Shown: one piece after another, positions 17,351 through 46,319 of the stretch
Numbering within the stretch: position 1 is the stretch's first letter
Layout of the letters: each line of letters opens with the position of its first letter
Assembly (NCBI RefSeq): GCF_018350175.1
Contig: NC_058369.1
Span: 3,102,001-3,166,000, forward strand
Origin: Felis catus
Taxonomy: Eukaryota
DNA: 64,000 nt
Reading direction: 5' to 3'
Translations under genes and position numbers: made by a program
The notes under the pieces: model-generated
Databases searched by the model: none
The model's input: the letters and a program-made list of their open reading frames with translations, nothing else
What the model was told of the DNA's origin: nothing

Positions 17351-18532
17351 GCTGGCGAAGGTGAAGGGTCAGGACAAATTCAGGGTCTGGAGACGGAGAA
17401 ATGCCTCTGCACCCCCGCACCGTGGGCTCCTTTCCAGAACGCCCTGGGGTGGAGCCAGAGGAGACACGCCCAGCCCCCCCACCCCACCCCGAGGCGACGG
17501 GAAGGAAGCTGGGATGACCGCATCCACAGCCAATGGAGGCCTCCTTTCCTGTGAGAGCGTCGCTGTGACCCTTGGAGCCGCCAGCCATAAAGCAATCACC
17601 AAGATTTGTTGGGGGCTAGACACGGAGGAGGGGTGGGGACGGACAGAGGGCCCAACCCCCCCGTTGCTCCTCTACCCTCAAGGCCCTCACGGGGCACTGC
17701 CCCAGGGGCCGCCCATCCTCCTGGAGCTGGGGGACCACCTGCCTGCTCCCCAGTTAGGAGCGAGCCCCAGACGCCAGGCTTGGACAGCAGGGCCCCTGAC
17801 ACACCGGGCCTCCCAGCCCTGTCCATGCACACGTCCCACCCAGACCCCCACAGAACCTTCCAGAGCCATCGACGACTGGCCATCGCACCTGACCATGAGC
17901 CATCTCACCCTCGAACAGGCCCCCAGCACCCCTGCCCTCGCCTCCCCCACTGCGCGCAACGCATTTCGGCCCCACGGCCCCTCCCTCCCGTCCCTCCTAT
18001 CTCCACACCTGTCCTGCTCTGGTGGACTTTTCATGGTGTCTTTATCTGACTTATTCACTTGCTTATGTGCAAGTGGTTTTATTTAGCCTCTGTCTGCCCC
18101 CGCGGGAACATCAGCGTGCGGACAGGGGGGAGGGTTTGTCTGGTCTGCAGCCTGCGGCGTCCCTGACGCCCCGCGCATAGCAGGTGCTCAATAAACAGTG
18201 ACCACAAGAATAGACGAGTTCTCGGGCACGGCGCCCTTCATCCTTTAGGGAAGCCGGAGGGCGCCCACCCCGGGCCAAGCTCTCCTCCCTTGTGGCGCTC
18301 AGAGACCACATCACCTGTGGTCACCCACCCCAAGGGCCTGGAACTTCCTGGACACGCTGTGGCACGTGATGTAGGAGGCACCCTGAGGATTAGGTGGTAA
18401 TAATCAGTGGGCATTGCCCAAGAGGTGGGTCAGAGTCCCCCTGCCCCCCAGCCCCTGGCCTGCCCCTGCCACACCCGTATCACGAGGGTTTTACTCACTG
18501 CCCAGCCTGGCGGCACACCAAGGGAGGGTCCT

Positions 18533-18592
18533 GGAGGAGGAGGAGGAGGAGGAGGAGGAGGAGGAAGGGGAGGAGGAGGGAGAGGAGGAGGG
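18533..18592. repeat. (GAG)n trinucleotide tract
   Basis: Direct reading. Confidence 0.9.
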
Positions 18593-19087
18593 AGCAGAGA
18601 GTTAGTCAAGGGCTTGCTGCTCCCAGAACCCCCCTGCCTCTTCCTCCCAAACTGACCTAAAAGACCAGTGTAGAGAGAACCAACCCCCCCCCCCCCCCCC
18701 CGCCAGGGAGAAGTCAAAGGAACGGGGAGGTGACATGGTGGCCGGGGACAAGCCTCCGCCTGGAGCAGGGAGCCCGGGCGTTGTCCCCACTGTGGCTGAC
18801 TCATGGAGTGGCACAGTGAGTCACGACCCCTGATTAGCCCTTCGGTCCTTGTGTGCAAAACGGGACCCGCTGTCCTGAGCAGATCTGTGTTGAGGCCAAA
18901 GGGCCAAGGCGGCCGGAAGGTGCCAGGCAGGCTTCTGCCCGCGTGTCCCGGGTTTGGAGCATGACGGGTTCCTTACGGGTGCACGTACTGTTCGTGATGG
19001 AAACTGACACACAGAGCACAGGTTTGGGGACCTGGGTCCGTGGAGGTTCCTTCTTAGCCCCTCACATGCTTTAATTTATGGGCTCCT

Positions 19088-20466
19088 GGGGGCGCCTGGG
19101 TGGCGCAGTCGGTTAGGCATCCGACTTCAGCCAGGTCACGATCTCGCGGTCCGGGAGTTCGAGCCCCGCGTCGGGCTCTGGGCTGACGGCTCGGAGCCTG
19201 GAGCCTGTTTCCGATTCTGTGTCTCCCTCTCTCTCTGCCCCTCCCCCGTTCATGCTCTGTCTCTCTCTGTCCCAAAAATAAATAAAAAAACGTGGAGAAA
19301 AAAAAAAATTTAAAAATTTATGGGCTCCTGCCAACACCTCGGTGTGAGGAGGGCCTTTACCGCCTTTCACAGACAAGGAAACTGAGGCAGGGAGAGGCAG
19401 AATCATTGGCCTGCAGTCACACAGCTGCACGGCAAGGATGTGAAGCCGAGCTCTGCCCTGGCCCAGCACCGCCTCGTGGAACAGTCACGCATCATGTGTC
19501 AGGGGCACCCCGGGGGGGTCAGTTGGTCAAGCCTCCGACTCTTGGTTTCAGCTCAGGTCGTGATCTCACGGTTTGTGAGGTTGATCCCTGCATCAGGCTC
19601 TGCACTGACAGCACAGAGCCTGCTTGGGATTCTCTGTGTCTTCCTCTCTCTCTGCCCCTCCCTCGGCCCCTCTCTCTCTCTCTCAAAATAAATAAACCTA
19701 AAAACATGTTCACGTGTCCTGTGAAAATTTTTAGCAGCTACGTATAAACAGCACAAAGTAAAACTAAGTTTTGATTTAATAATATAGCCTGCTGGGGCGC
19801 CTGGGTGGCTCAGGCGGTTAAGCCTCCGACTTCAGCTCAGGTCACGATCTCACAGCTCACGACTTCGAGCCCCGCGTCGGGCTCTGTGCTGATGGCTCAG
19901 AGCCTGGAGCCTGCTTGGGATACTGTGTCTCCCTCTCTCTCTGCCCCTCCCCTGCTCATGCTCTGTCTCTCTCTCTTTCTGTCAAAAATAAATAAACATT
20001 AAAAAAAAATTTTTTTTTCAACGTTTATTTATTTTTGGGACAGAGAGAGACAGAGCATGAACGGGGGAGGGGCAGAGAGAGAGGGAGACACAGAATCAGA
20101 AACAGACTCCAGGCTCTGAGCCATCAGCCCAGAGCCCGACGCGGGGCTCGAACTCACGGACCGCGAGATCGTGACCTGGCTGAAGTTGGACGCTTAACCA
20201 ACTGCGCCACCCAGGCGCCCTAAAAAAATTTTTTTTTAATAAAAAAATAAAAATCTGGGGCGCCTGGGTGGCTCAGTCGGTTGAGCGGCCGACTTCAGCT
20301 CAGGTCACGATCTCGCGGTCCGTGAGTTTGAGCCCCGCGTCGGGCTCTGTGCTGACGGCTCAGAGCCTGGAGCCTGTTTCGGATTCTGTGTCTCCCTCTC
20401 TCTGACCCTCCCCCGTTCATGCTCTGTCTCTCCCTGTCTCAAAAATAAATAAATGTTAAAAAAAAT

Positions 20467-20498
<32 letters not shown>

Positions 20499-21600
20499 AA
20501 AAAAAAATGTCGGTTCGTGCACCGAAGCCGTTCCATAGGTACTAGCAGCGGTCCGTGAACGGAACTGAGTATAGGTTTTCGCATGTAAATTAATCACAGT
20601 GGAATAAAATTTCAACGTCACTTTGTCAGTCACACTGTATACTTCGGGTGCTCCGATGACCATGTGACGTGATCCCCGGTGTGTAGGGCCACGCCGGTCT
20701 CGTCCACGAAACCTGTGAATTACAGGGCCAGATAGCAAATATTTTCTGCTGCAATGACTCAACTCTGACATTGCAGCATGGAAGCCGCCATAAACAACAA
20801 GCAAACCAAAGGGCATGGCTATGTGCCAATAAAGCTTTATTTACAAAAAACACACGAGGGCCGGAACGGGCCCACGGGCTCTAGTCTGTCAACCGGGCAC
20901 TAAGCTCTGTGATTCTGTTTATACATCTTTGGTTGTTTCTTCTACGAGCACCAATCAGGTGGCTCCTGTGTGCCAGGCGCTGGGGACACTGAATGCGGAC
21001 ACAGGTCTCGTCACAGTTTAGCAGACAGTCCTAGCTGGAGACTTTCTAGCTCTTCACTCCTCTTTCTTTAGGACCTGGACCGATGTTGATGCAGAAGAGG
21101 ATCCAAAGGCATTTTTGTTGGGACACCTGGGGGGAAGGGGGCTCGGTCGGTTCAGCGTCTGACTCTTGATTTCGGCTCAGGTCATGATCTCACGGTTGTG
21201 AGATCGAGCCCCACATCGGGCCCTGCATCGGGGTCTACAGTAATAGCATGGAGCCTGTTTGGGATACTCTGCCCCTCCCCTGCTCCGACTCTCTCTCTCT
21301 CTCTCTCAAAAATAAATAAACTAAAAAAAAAAAAAAGGTGTTTTTTAAATGACATTCTTTGTTACTAAAACAATGAATATATATTTTTTAATGTTTTAAT
21401 GTTTATTTTTGAGAGAGAGAGAGAGAGGCAGAGCACAAGCAGGGGAGGGGCAGAGAGACAAGGAGACACAGAATCCGAAGCAGGCTCCAGGGTCCCAGCT
21501 GTCAGCACAGAGCCCGACGCGGGGCTCGAACCCACAAGCTGTGAGATCATGACCTGAGCCGAAGTTGGATGCCTAACCGACAGATCCACCCAAGCGCCCC
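19088..21600. mobile_element. Dense Can-SINE cluster (+ 19088-19315, 19502-19705, 19794-20009; - 20010-20220; + 20257-20507, 21119-21336; - 21384-21600) with MER58A-like piece near 20720-20895
   Basis: SINE consensus motifs; perfect TSD aatttatgggctcct at 19073-19087 and 19315-19329. Confidence 0.92.
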
Positions 21601-22145
21601 AAACAATGAATATTTGTACCCCCCAGGATGTGTCTCTGTGCCTGGCACAGATACTCAATAAACGGTTGTTGAATGAATGCGTGCCCTGATAAATAAATAA
21701 AATCTGTGGTGTGTCGGATGATCGTAAGTTGCTGCGAAGAAACCTAAAGCAGGATGGGGGATGGAGACTGGGGGGAGGGGAATTGCAATTTTAAAGAAGG
21801 TGGTCAAGGGGGCTTCACGGAGGAGGTGAATTGGAGCGGAAATCCGAAGGTGAAAAGAGCCAGCCACCGGGAGATCTGGGAAAAGGAATTCCAGGAAGCG
21901 AGGACAGCAAGTGCAAAGGCCCTGAGGCAGGACGAGGCCGCGTCAGTGTAAGGACTGTCGCGTCATAGGACGAGGACCCAGGAACGCGGCAGGCAAGGAA
22001 TGAATGTGTTTTGAAGGCAAAGCTGCCAAGGCTCACGGGTGGATTTTAATGAACATGAGCAAAGCCCACAGAGATGAAAATAAGTACGAGCAAGTGGGAT
22101 GTTAATGGAAGGGGGTAAGGGGCCGACATTTGGGAAATGTCTAAA

Positions 22146-22268
22146 GTTATGTTATGTTATGTTATGTTATGTTATGTTATGTTATGTTATGTTATGTTTT
22201 ATTTTATTTTATTTTATTTTATTTTATTTTATTTTATTTTATTTTATTTTACTTTATTTTATTTTATA
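22146..22268. repeat. Compound pentanucleotide microsatellite (GTTAT)10 then (TTTTA)n
   Basis: Direct reading. Confidence 0.95.
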
Positions 22269-23183
22269 TGATTTAAACAATTGCACAGGCTCGGCTACAA
22301 ACGAACGTTAATCCCATGCCATGAGATTAGACTGGCAGTAATTCAGTTATGGGACCTTGACGGTCAAGAAACAGGGAGGAAAAATAACCCAAAGAGGTGT
22401 GAGTAGGAAAGAACCTTTTCGGCAGGTTCAGAACTTGCCAGAGCTTCTTGGGTACCCATCATGCCCTGAGTAGTGTCGGGGGAGATGAGAAGACCGCCTT
22501 CAGGGGGCTCGGTCTAGTTGTGAAAGGACGAGGCAGACGGGTGAGAGCAGGGAGCAAACACCTAAGGAGAGGGTGCTAACGCGGGTCGCCGTGATCCACA
22601 CTCCAGCGGGCGGTTCGAGCCGGGGAGAGCTCTGTGGGCAGAATTAAGTAGCGAAAGTGAATAGCGTCCTGTCATACTCCCCTCCCCGCCGTGCAAGGGT
22701 CTGGAAATCAACTCGAAACTTTAAGCCAAAAGAGAATCCACCGGCTCACATGGCTGCCCGGCGTCTGGAGCCCAGGATGGGATTTCAGGTATGGCTGGAT
22801 CCAGGACATCGGACCGTGTTGTCGGGGCTCGATTACCCTCTAGCTGCTCTGCTGTGTTCTGGGCGGGCCTCATTCTCCCAGCCTCCCAGAGTGGGGCAAC
22901 GATGGCCAGCAGCCCCAGACCTCCATTCCTTACAGCTTGGCATCCCCAGCGTGCCCGGCGTACCCATTCTACAGATGTGGAAAGAGGAGGTTCGGAGTGA
23001 AGTGACTTCCCCCGGGGCTCCCACAACCCTTGTGAGGAGGGAAGGCAGAGTTCACGCACTCGCTGGCCCATCTGATTCCAAACCCTGGGTTCTTCCCCGC
23101 TGAATCGTGCTTCCTCCTGTGGACCTGTCCTCAGGCTGCAGACGAAATGGGTAACATTTTCTCAACTTCAAGAGTTCCCTGGG

Positions 23184-23627
23184 GGGGCGCCTGGGTGGCT
23201 TGGTCAGTTAAGCATCCGACTTCGGCTCAGGTCATGATCTGATGGTCCGTGAGTTCGAGCCCCACAGCTGACAGCTCAGAGCCCGGAGCCTGCTTCGGAT
23301 TCTGTGTCTCCCTCTCTCTCTGCCCCTCCCCCGTTCATGCTTTGTCTCTCTCTGTCTCAAAAATAAATAAACGTTAAAAAAAAATTAAAAAAAAAAAAAG
23401 AGTTCCCTGGGGCGCCTGGGTGGCTCCGTTGGTTGGGTGTCCTGACTCTTGATTTCGGCTCAGGTCATGGTCCCAGGGTCGTGGGTTCGAGCCCCGCAGC
23501 CAGCTCTGCACCGAGCGTGGAGTTGGCTTGCGATTCTCTCTCTCTCTCTCTCTGTCTCCCTCTGCTCCTCTCCCCCACTCACATTCTCTCTCTCTAAAAA
23601 AAAGAAAAGGAAAAGAAAAAAAAAAAG
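23184..23627 (+). mobile_element. Two tandem Can-SINEs (23184-23399; 23408-23627)
   Basis: TSD aagagttccctgggg flanks the first copy and abuts the head of the second. Confidence 0.92.
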
Positions 23628-24433
23628 AAAGAAACGCACAGAGGGAAGGATTTGCCTTGGGCAAAACATTAAGGGCTGATACAGATCTGAGCTGCGATGG
23701 AGAATGTAAATGTTCCCAGGAGAAACAATGTACCCACCTAACATCTGTCATCATATTTGAACTGGATCTAGTTATACCTAAGTAACACCCGAGAGGGGTG
23801 ACTTTTGCCCTGGGAGGAAAGCTAAGAGCTAATCTTGGAGTTACATTGCCTTCAAGTTCCATGAGAAAACGTAAATGCTCCCACAAAAAGGGATATACGA
23901 GCTCGATATCAGTTATTCACCTTTTACTAGAACTATTTATATGTAACAAACACGGGGGTGGGGGGGGGCAGGATGAATTCTGCCCCGGAGTAAGAACCTA
24001 AGAGCTAATCCGGACTTGAGCTACAATTCCTCCAAACCCCACTAGAAAATGTATCTGTTCCCAAGAAAAAGGAATGCGTGAACCGGGTGTCAGTCATTCA
24101 CACTTTAGTTAGAATTAGCACAAAGAGCTTCGCGCGCATGTTCCCTCTGTGCCGTTGGAAACCACCCGAGGAAACCTCGGGGATGGAAAGGCAGAGGGAT
24201 CCCTGAGAAAGACACGGATCTGGGGGAACTACCTCCTGGCGGGGCTCGGCTGGCAATCATTGACCCTTTAGCGTTCACACCAGGAGAAAGCAATTGTGGT
24301 GAAAGACAGGCATCTCCTTCTTTGCGGAACGTTACAAGGGCGGCATCGAGCCCCCGTGGGAACGCTGGGCTTTGGGGACACAGGTGACGCGATTCACGGA
24401 GGTAGGAAAAGTAGCTCTTAAATGCTAACTCGA

Positions 24434-24742
24434 GGGGTGCCTGGGTGGCGCAGTCGGTTAAGCGTCCGACTTCAGCCAGGTCACGATCTCACGGTCCGTG
24501 AGTTCGAGCCCCGTGTCAGGCTCTGGGCTGATGGCACGGAGCCTGGAGCCTGTTTCCGATTCTGTGTCTCCCTCTCTCTCTGCCCCTCCCCCGTTCATGC
24601 TCTGTCTCTCTCTGTCCCAAAAATAAAAAAATAAATAAACGTTGAAAAAAAATTTTTAAAAAATAAAAAATAATTATAAAAAATTTAAAAAAATAAAAAA
24701 ATAATAAAAAAATAAACAAATATAAAAAAATAAAAAATAAAA
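24434..24742 (+). mobile_element. Young Can-SINE with long patterned A-tail
   Basis: Near-consensus body, A-rich tail over 100 nt. Confidence 0.93.
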
Positions 24743-24749
24743 TTTTAAC

Positions 24750-25200
24750 GTTTAACGCTGTTCAACTGCTTTCTGTTCCCGGTGATGCTTTGGCCTCCGT
24801 TCTGGATGTCGTATGGGTACAATCGCGCAGCGTGCGTTCTTTGGTGACCGGTGTCTCTCGACTCGACGTCCCCGAGATTCACCCCTGGTGCGCCTACTCG
24901 TGCCGCGTCCCCTCCTATGGCTGAGTAGCCCCGCATCGCTTGGCTCGGCCGGCTTGCTTATTCCCCTACCCCCGGGCATTTGACTTGCCTCCCGCCCAGG
25001 ACAACTCTGCGTCAAGTCGCTACGGACATTCACACGTTCACGTTCAAGTCTTGGCGGGAACGTCCCTTTCTTGCCGGGAACACAGGTTTGCCTCGCTCTC
25101 AGACAACCCCCCAGGAGCGAAATCGCTGAGTCATCAGGGACAGGCGCGTCCAACCACCCAATTTCCCAAACCGGGTAGATATGACCCCCATCAGCCATGC
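24750..25200 (-). mobile_element. Old L1M 3' fragment, GC-shifted
   Basis: cccgagattcacc...cctatggctgagtagccccgcatc...cccaggagcgaaatcgctgagtcatc. Confidence 0.55.
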
Positions 25201-27199
25201 GGACTCCACTGTGGGAAGGTCACGTCAGACTCCGGCCCAGCCTTATCTTGTTCAGATAGCTCTTCATTGGGCCATATAAACGCCTTCTAAAGTCCGTAAT
25301 TATAAAAACAAATTTTTTTTTATACAAATATCCTGGGGAGGGGCCCTACGGGGTCTAAATCTACAGGGAGTGGGGAGTGAGTGCTGCCAGACCCCCCCCT
25401 CGGGCGGGTTTGGGTACGAGGAGGAGGGAGAGCTCTGTCTCCGGGGCACCAAGGTCCTGAGGGTCGTGGAGGCAGGAGAAGCTACAAGTCGAACCTCACC
25501 CGCTTCATGCACCTGCTGTGTAGGGAAAGCGCCTGATACAGCAGAGGCCGAATAAATATTATGACTGGGGATCACTAAAGCCAAGCGAAGCCAAACACGG
25601 CCCTTAAAAAAGCCAACACGGTGGTGACAGAGGCAGAGAGGAAGTGAGAAAGATTGGGAGGCTTAGGGAGATAAGGGCACCAGCGACCAGAGGGGTCGGT
25701 GATTCAGAGACATCCCCCTCCCCCCCCAGTGCCACCGGTGGGTGGCCGTGGGGGCTGGATCACTGCCTGGGGCAGGGGGAAGGACGGAACAGCTTCCCCG
25801 GCCCCACCCCCCCTCCGTGCCGGGAGCTCCCCTGTCCTTCCAGCCAGAGGCATCCCCAGACGTGGTCCCCTGTGCCCTGGGGGAACAGCTGCTGTACCAC
25901 ATCAGGCATGGCACGTAGTAGGCCCTCATTAAATGTTTGTTCCGTGAATAAATGACGATTGGTCCGTTGAGGAAAAAAACACACTGGGAGGGGAATTTCT
26001 TGGAAGCAAGGAGGGTGTTTTAGTCACCCCGTGACCCTAGTGCCTAACGTCGCGCCTGGCATACAGAGGCTCACTTTAGTCCTCCATTCACTGAGCTCCC
26101 AACACCTTCCTGCTGTATTGAGTATAAACAAAATCCTTCACCGTAGCTACCCCCCAAGGCTCCCTGATCCCCGCATCCCCTCCCTGCCCTCCCCTCCTCC
26201 CTCTCTCCCCCTGCTCCAGTCACATGGGCTTCCTCCCCGTTCCCCCCAACAGGCCAGCCCGGGGTACTACCCCAGGACCTTTGCATGTGCTGTTTCTTCA
26301 GCCGGAAACACCTTTCCCCCAGATCTTCCCATGGCTGGCTCTTTCTCGTCCTTCAGGGTTGTACTTAAATGTCACCTTCTTAAGGGGTTGCCTGGCTGGC
26401 TCCATCGGTAGAGCACGTAGCTCCTGATCTTGGGGTCCTGAGTGTAAAAGCCCCCACACTGGGTTCAGAGCTCACTTTTAAAAGCGGTGGGCACGCAGGA
26501 GGCGCTCCGTGAGCGAGAGCTGATTGAGCACCACTGTGTACCGGGCACTTTCCTAGATGCTGGGGGCCCAGCAGAGAACAAAAGAAACGCCATTCTAGCC
26601 CACAAGGCCCTGGGGGTGGGGGGGTGGGGAGGGGAGAAATGAGGGAAGACAAAAAACCAGGGAAACAAACGAGAAAATTTCCAACGGTGAGGGGGTTCCG
26701 TGACAACCGTGATGTCACGAAGAGCCATGGGGCAGGGCTCCTCTGTTGGGGGCAGGGGCCACCCACCGCCTCTCAGCCATCTGGGCTGGTTCACAAATAA
26801 TCGAACATTTATGAACCTGTGAAGACAGTCCAGAGTCAGAGGGGGAGGGGAGGGGAGGGGAGTTAGTCCTGGGCGGCGGGAACAGTCAGTGCAAAGGCCC
26901 TGCGGTGGGAACCAGTTTGGCTCAATCCACATTCAGTGAGTAAATGACCCATAGAAGATTCTAGAAGGAACGGGGGGGGGGGCGCTGCTCAAGTTTGTCT
27001 GTGGAGGGCTCGGAGGGTGGGTAGGAGGTTGCCAGCCCCCGAGGGAAGGCAGCTTCTGGCTGGAGGGGGCGACTTCAGCAAAGGCCTGGGCCGTGCCTCT
27101 TGGCTTTGTTCTGTCCGGAGGGTGGACTGGACCCAGTCAGGGGCCCTGGGCTCTCCTGGAGCCCAGCGTCCCGGGACTCAGAGGAGAAACAGTCCCTGG

Positions 27200-27255
27200 A
27201 AGTAGGGGAGAGGTCATGGCAAAGCTGAGGCACCCCAGACTTTGGCCTTTGCCCA
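27200..27255 (+). promoter_or_regulatory. Two nuclear-receptor DR1 elements in the CREB3L3 proximal promoter (PPRE-like and HNF4-like)
   Basis: AAGT-AGGGGA-G-AGGTCA at 27200-27216 (DR1 with PPAR-type 5' flank); minus-strand TGGGCA-A-AGGCCA at 27243-27255; about 300 bp upstream of the ATG. CREB3L3 is a known PPARalpha/HNF4alpha target. Confidence 0.6.
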
Positions 27256-27531
27256 CTGCAGGCCAGGAAAGCACAAAACATCAAGATAACGGTCTTCCCT
27301 CCCTTCCCCCAGCCTGCCCTGGTGCCACTGGCCCTGAACCCTGTCCGTCGTGCCTGTCCCCCAATCGGCACCCGGGGACGGGCCGGGACCTCCCCACGCT
27401 ATTTCAGCATCTTTTGGGGGCGGTTACAGAGCCGCAGAGAGGAGCGCGGGGAGCCTGGGAGCCCGGTTGTGGGGTGAGCTGCGGATCTGGGCAGACTCAG
27501 GAGGCGGCTGGAGGCAGAGCTGGCCGGCCTC

Positions 27532-35735
<8,204 letters not shown>

Positions 35736-36139
35736 GCACCCTCCGGACGTGCCCCCGGGCCTCTCTGCTTAGGGGCCCTTCTGTGGACAGCAACGGGCAT
35801 GGGGGTGAGAGGTGAGACCCTGGTGGAAGTGCCAGGATGGAGATGTCACAAAGTCACAGCCACACACCCGCGGACCCAGGCACACACAGGACACGCTCAG
35901 ACACAGGACAAGCGCAGGGCCACGGAGCCCGAGAAATTCACACCCAGGCAAAGAAAGGAACGGGCACATACAGAGTGATCCACAGACTCAGACAGACACA
36001 CGCACACACCACGCCTCGACAGCTCCCCTGCCCCGGGACTCCTTCGTGTCCCCTGCACACTTGGCTGAGTCTGCGGGGACCCTGGCCCCAGAACCGCAGC
36101 CCACAGCCGCGCCTCTTTTCTAAGATTGCAGTGATCCTT

Positions 36140-36145
36140 AATAAA
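36140..36145 (+). terminator. CREB3L3 polyadenylation signal
   Basis: First AATAAA seen after the stop, about 400 nt downstream. Confidence 0.7.
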
Positions 36146-36883
36146 GTATTTTGACAGAACACGTTGGCACAAAGCGTTGTCTAGGGCTCCTCGGCTCTTG
36201 GAAGGAGCTTCTGGGCCAGCCTCGGAAGGGGGAGTGGGGTGCGGCCCCCCCCCACCCCCCCCCCGGGGGGAAAGGCTGCCGGCCAGGCGCCGGGAGCGTC
36301 TTCAGCACCTTGGAGAGCGGCCTCGAGCGGTGAGCGCGGCGCGCCTGGAACCCGAGGTCTCTGGGGGCCCCAGGAGGCCCTTCATCGCGTCCTCGGACGA
36401 TCTAGGGCAGCTGCCTTCCTGGGAGGGGGGCCGCGCTGCCCACCTCGCTCGATCTACGGATGAGGAGACCGAGGCATCGGAAGTGAAGGGATCTCACCGG
36501 AACCCGGCTGTGCCCGCGCTCTCCTAATGCGCCCCGCCCCACCCGCTTTGCGCAGATGCGGGGAGGTGGGGGGCGGGCTGCGAACGAGGCCCAAGGCCAC
36601 TGGCAGCTCTCATCAAGTGGCTCACAGCCTAGCAGTGGGGGGAAAATATCTAGAAACCACGCACAGGAGTATATAATCACAGAGGGCGCCAGGAGCTCCC
36701 ACTGCGGTATTGCCCTCCTCCTCCACGGCCCCCCCAGGCCTGGATTGCAGGGAGGCCCAGGCAGACTCCACAGGGGGGAAGGGGACCGTGCATTCTGCAC
36801 CCCCTGCCCCGCTCTCCCCGGGACTAGGACCCGGCACAAAGTCGTGAATGTTAAACACAGACTCAGATGCAAGAATTTCTGCT

Positions 36884-36889
36884 TTTATT
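36884..36889 (-). terminator. SIRT6 polyadenylation signal
   Basis: TTTATT on plus = AATAAA on minus, about 555 nt after the SIRT6 stop, followed by U/GU-rich sequence on the minus strand. Confidence 0.7.
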
Positions 36890-37443
36890 GCATTGAAGAC
36901 TTTTCTGGAAGTCTGGAGGAACCAGGTGGACACACCTCTTTTTCCCTCTAGCCCCAAAGGCAGTGCAAGCCTCTATTGTCTGTGCCCCCAAGAAGTCTGG
37001 CTCCGAAAAGGTGGCTCTGCCCCCCCTTACCTCCCGGGATCATGAAGGCGATTTGGGGGAGGCAGGGGATGGGGAGTGTGAGGGCCCCGGGACAGAGGGA
37101 GTTAACTCTTGCTTAGGCTGGGAACTAGGGAGGGCCTGGCCACACCTCCCCAGAGCATCCTGAGTCAGGGGCTGGGGCACAGGGAGGAGCAGGTGCCTGG
37201 GGGTCAGCTCCAAGGTCAGCGTCCAGGGTGAAAATGCTCCTCCCCAGGCCCACACCACAGGCCCCTCAAGATAAAGAGACAGGCAGTGGGGGGTGGGCCT
37301 GCCCTGGGGCCTGGAGCCCAGCTCTCAGCACCCTGAGGTTGCCCCCCACCCGCAAGGGCAGGTGAAAGTAACAAAGTGAGAACAGTAAGAAAAGGTGACT
37401 CCATGGTCTCTACAAAAAGCCCCACCCTCCCCGGGCCCCCTGG

Positions 37444-45616
<8,173 letters not shown>

Positions 45617-46319
45617 TCACCTCTAAAGTGAGGGGCACAAGCGGCGGGTGCTCCCCTTTCTTCTTTTTGCAAATGCGTAAATTGAGGTCCCCACGCCTCT
45701 CGGGACGACAGGGAGCTCGTGCTTCTAGTCAAGGCTCTGTCTGCTGCACATTTCAGAAGTTTACAAAGTCACGAATACCCTGCGTTTGTGTGCGGGGGGG
45801 GGGGGGGGGGCGGGGGGCATGTGGGAGGGTCTTGGACGCCGCCCTGAATTACCCAAACGTTACCCAGGTGGGTGACAGTCTCCACCCAGCCGGACTGGTG
45901 CACCGCTAGAGAAACTGCTCAAGGCCACTGGGGCTGGTGGCCTTGAGGATGCATTTAAGAAACACGTGTTGAGCACCTACTGAGTGCCCGGGAAACACCG
46001 GGGAGCAAAGGCGGCACCTTGTGGCGAAGATGGACACAAGTGACCGGGCAGTGGTGACTTAGTCCGATTAAGGTGCCATGAGGGCCCGAGCCATAAGGGA
46101 GCTCAGCCTGGGTGCCTCCGGGAAGGCTTCCTGGAGGAGGCGGTGTTGCAGCAAAGATCCAGAGAGTGAGTAGGAGCGAGCAGAAATGAGATGGGGCGAG
46201 TGAGCCGGTTGGGAGTGACATGGGGCGCAGAAAGGGCGCTGCTGGCGAAGGCACAACGAGGACAAAGGCTAGGAGGAGAGGTGGAGGGTGGTGAGAGAAC
46301 AGTAGGTGTCTTCCCGCCT

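Noticed and set aside
22400..22440. Inverted repeat ggcaggttc-a-gaacttgcc resembling a p53 element
   Set aside because: One half-site breaks the CWWG core, and a match this short is expected by chance in 64 kb
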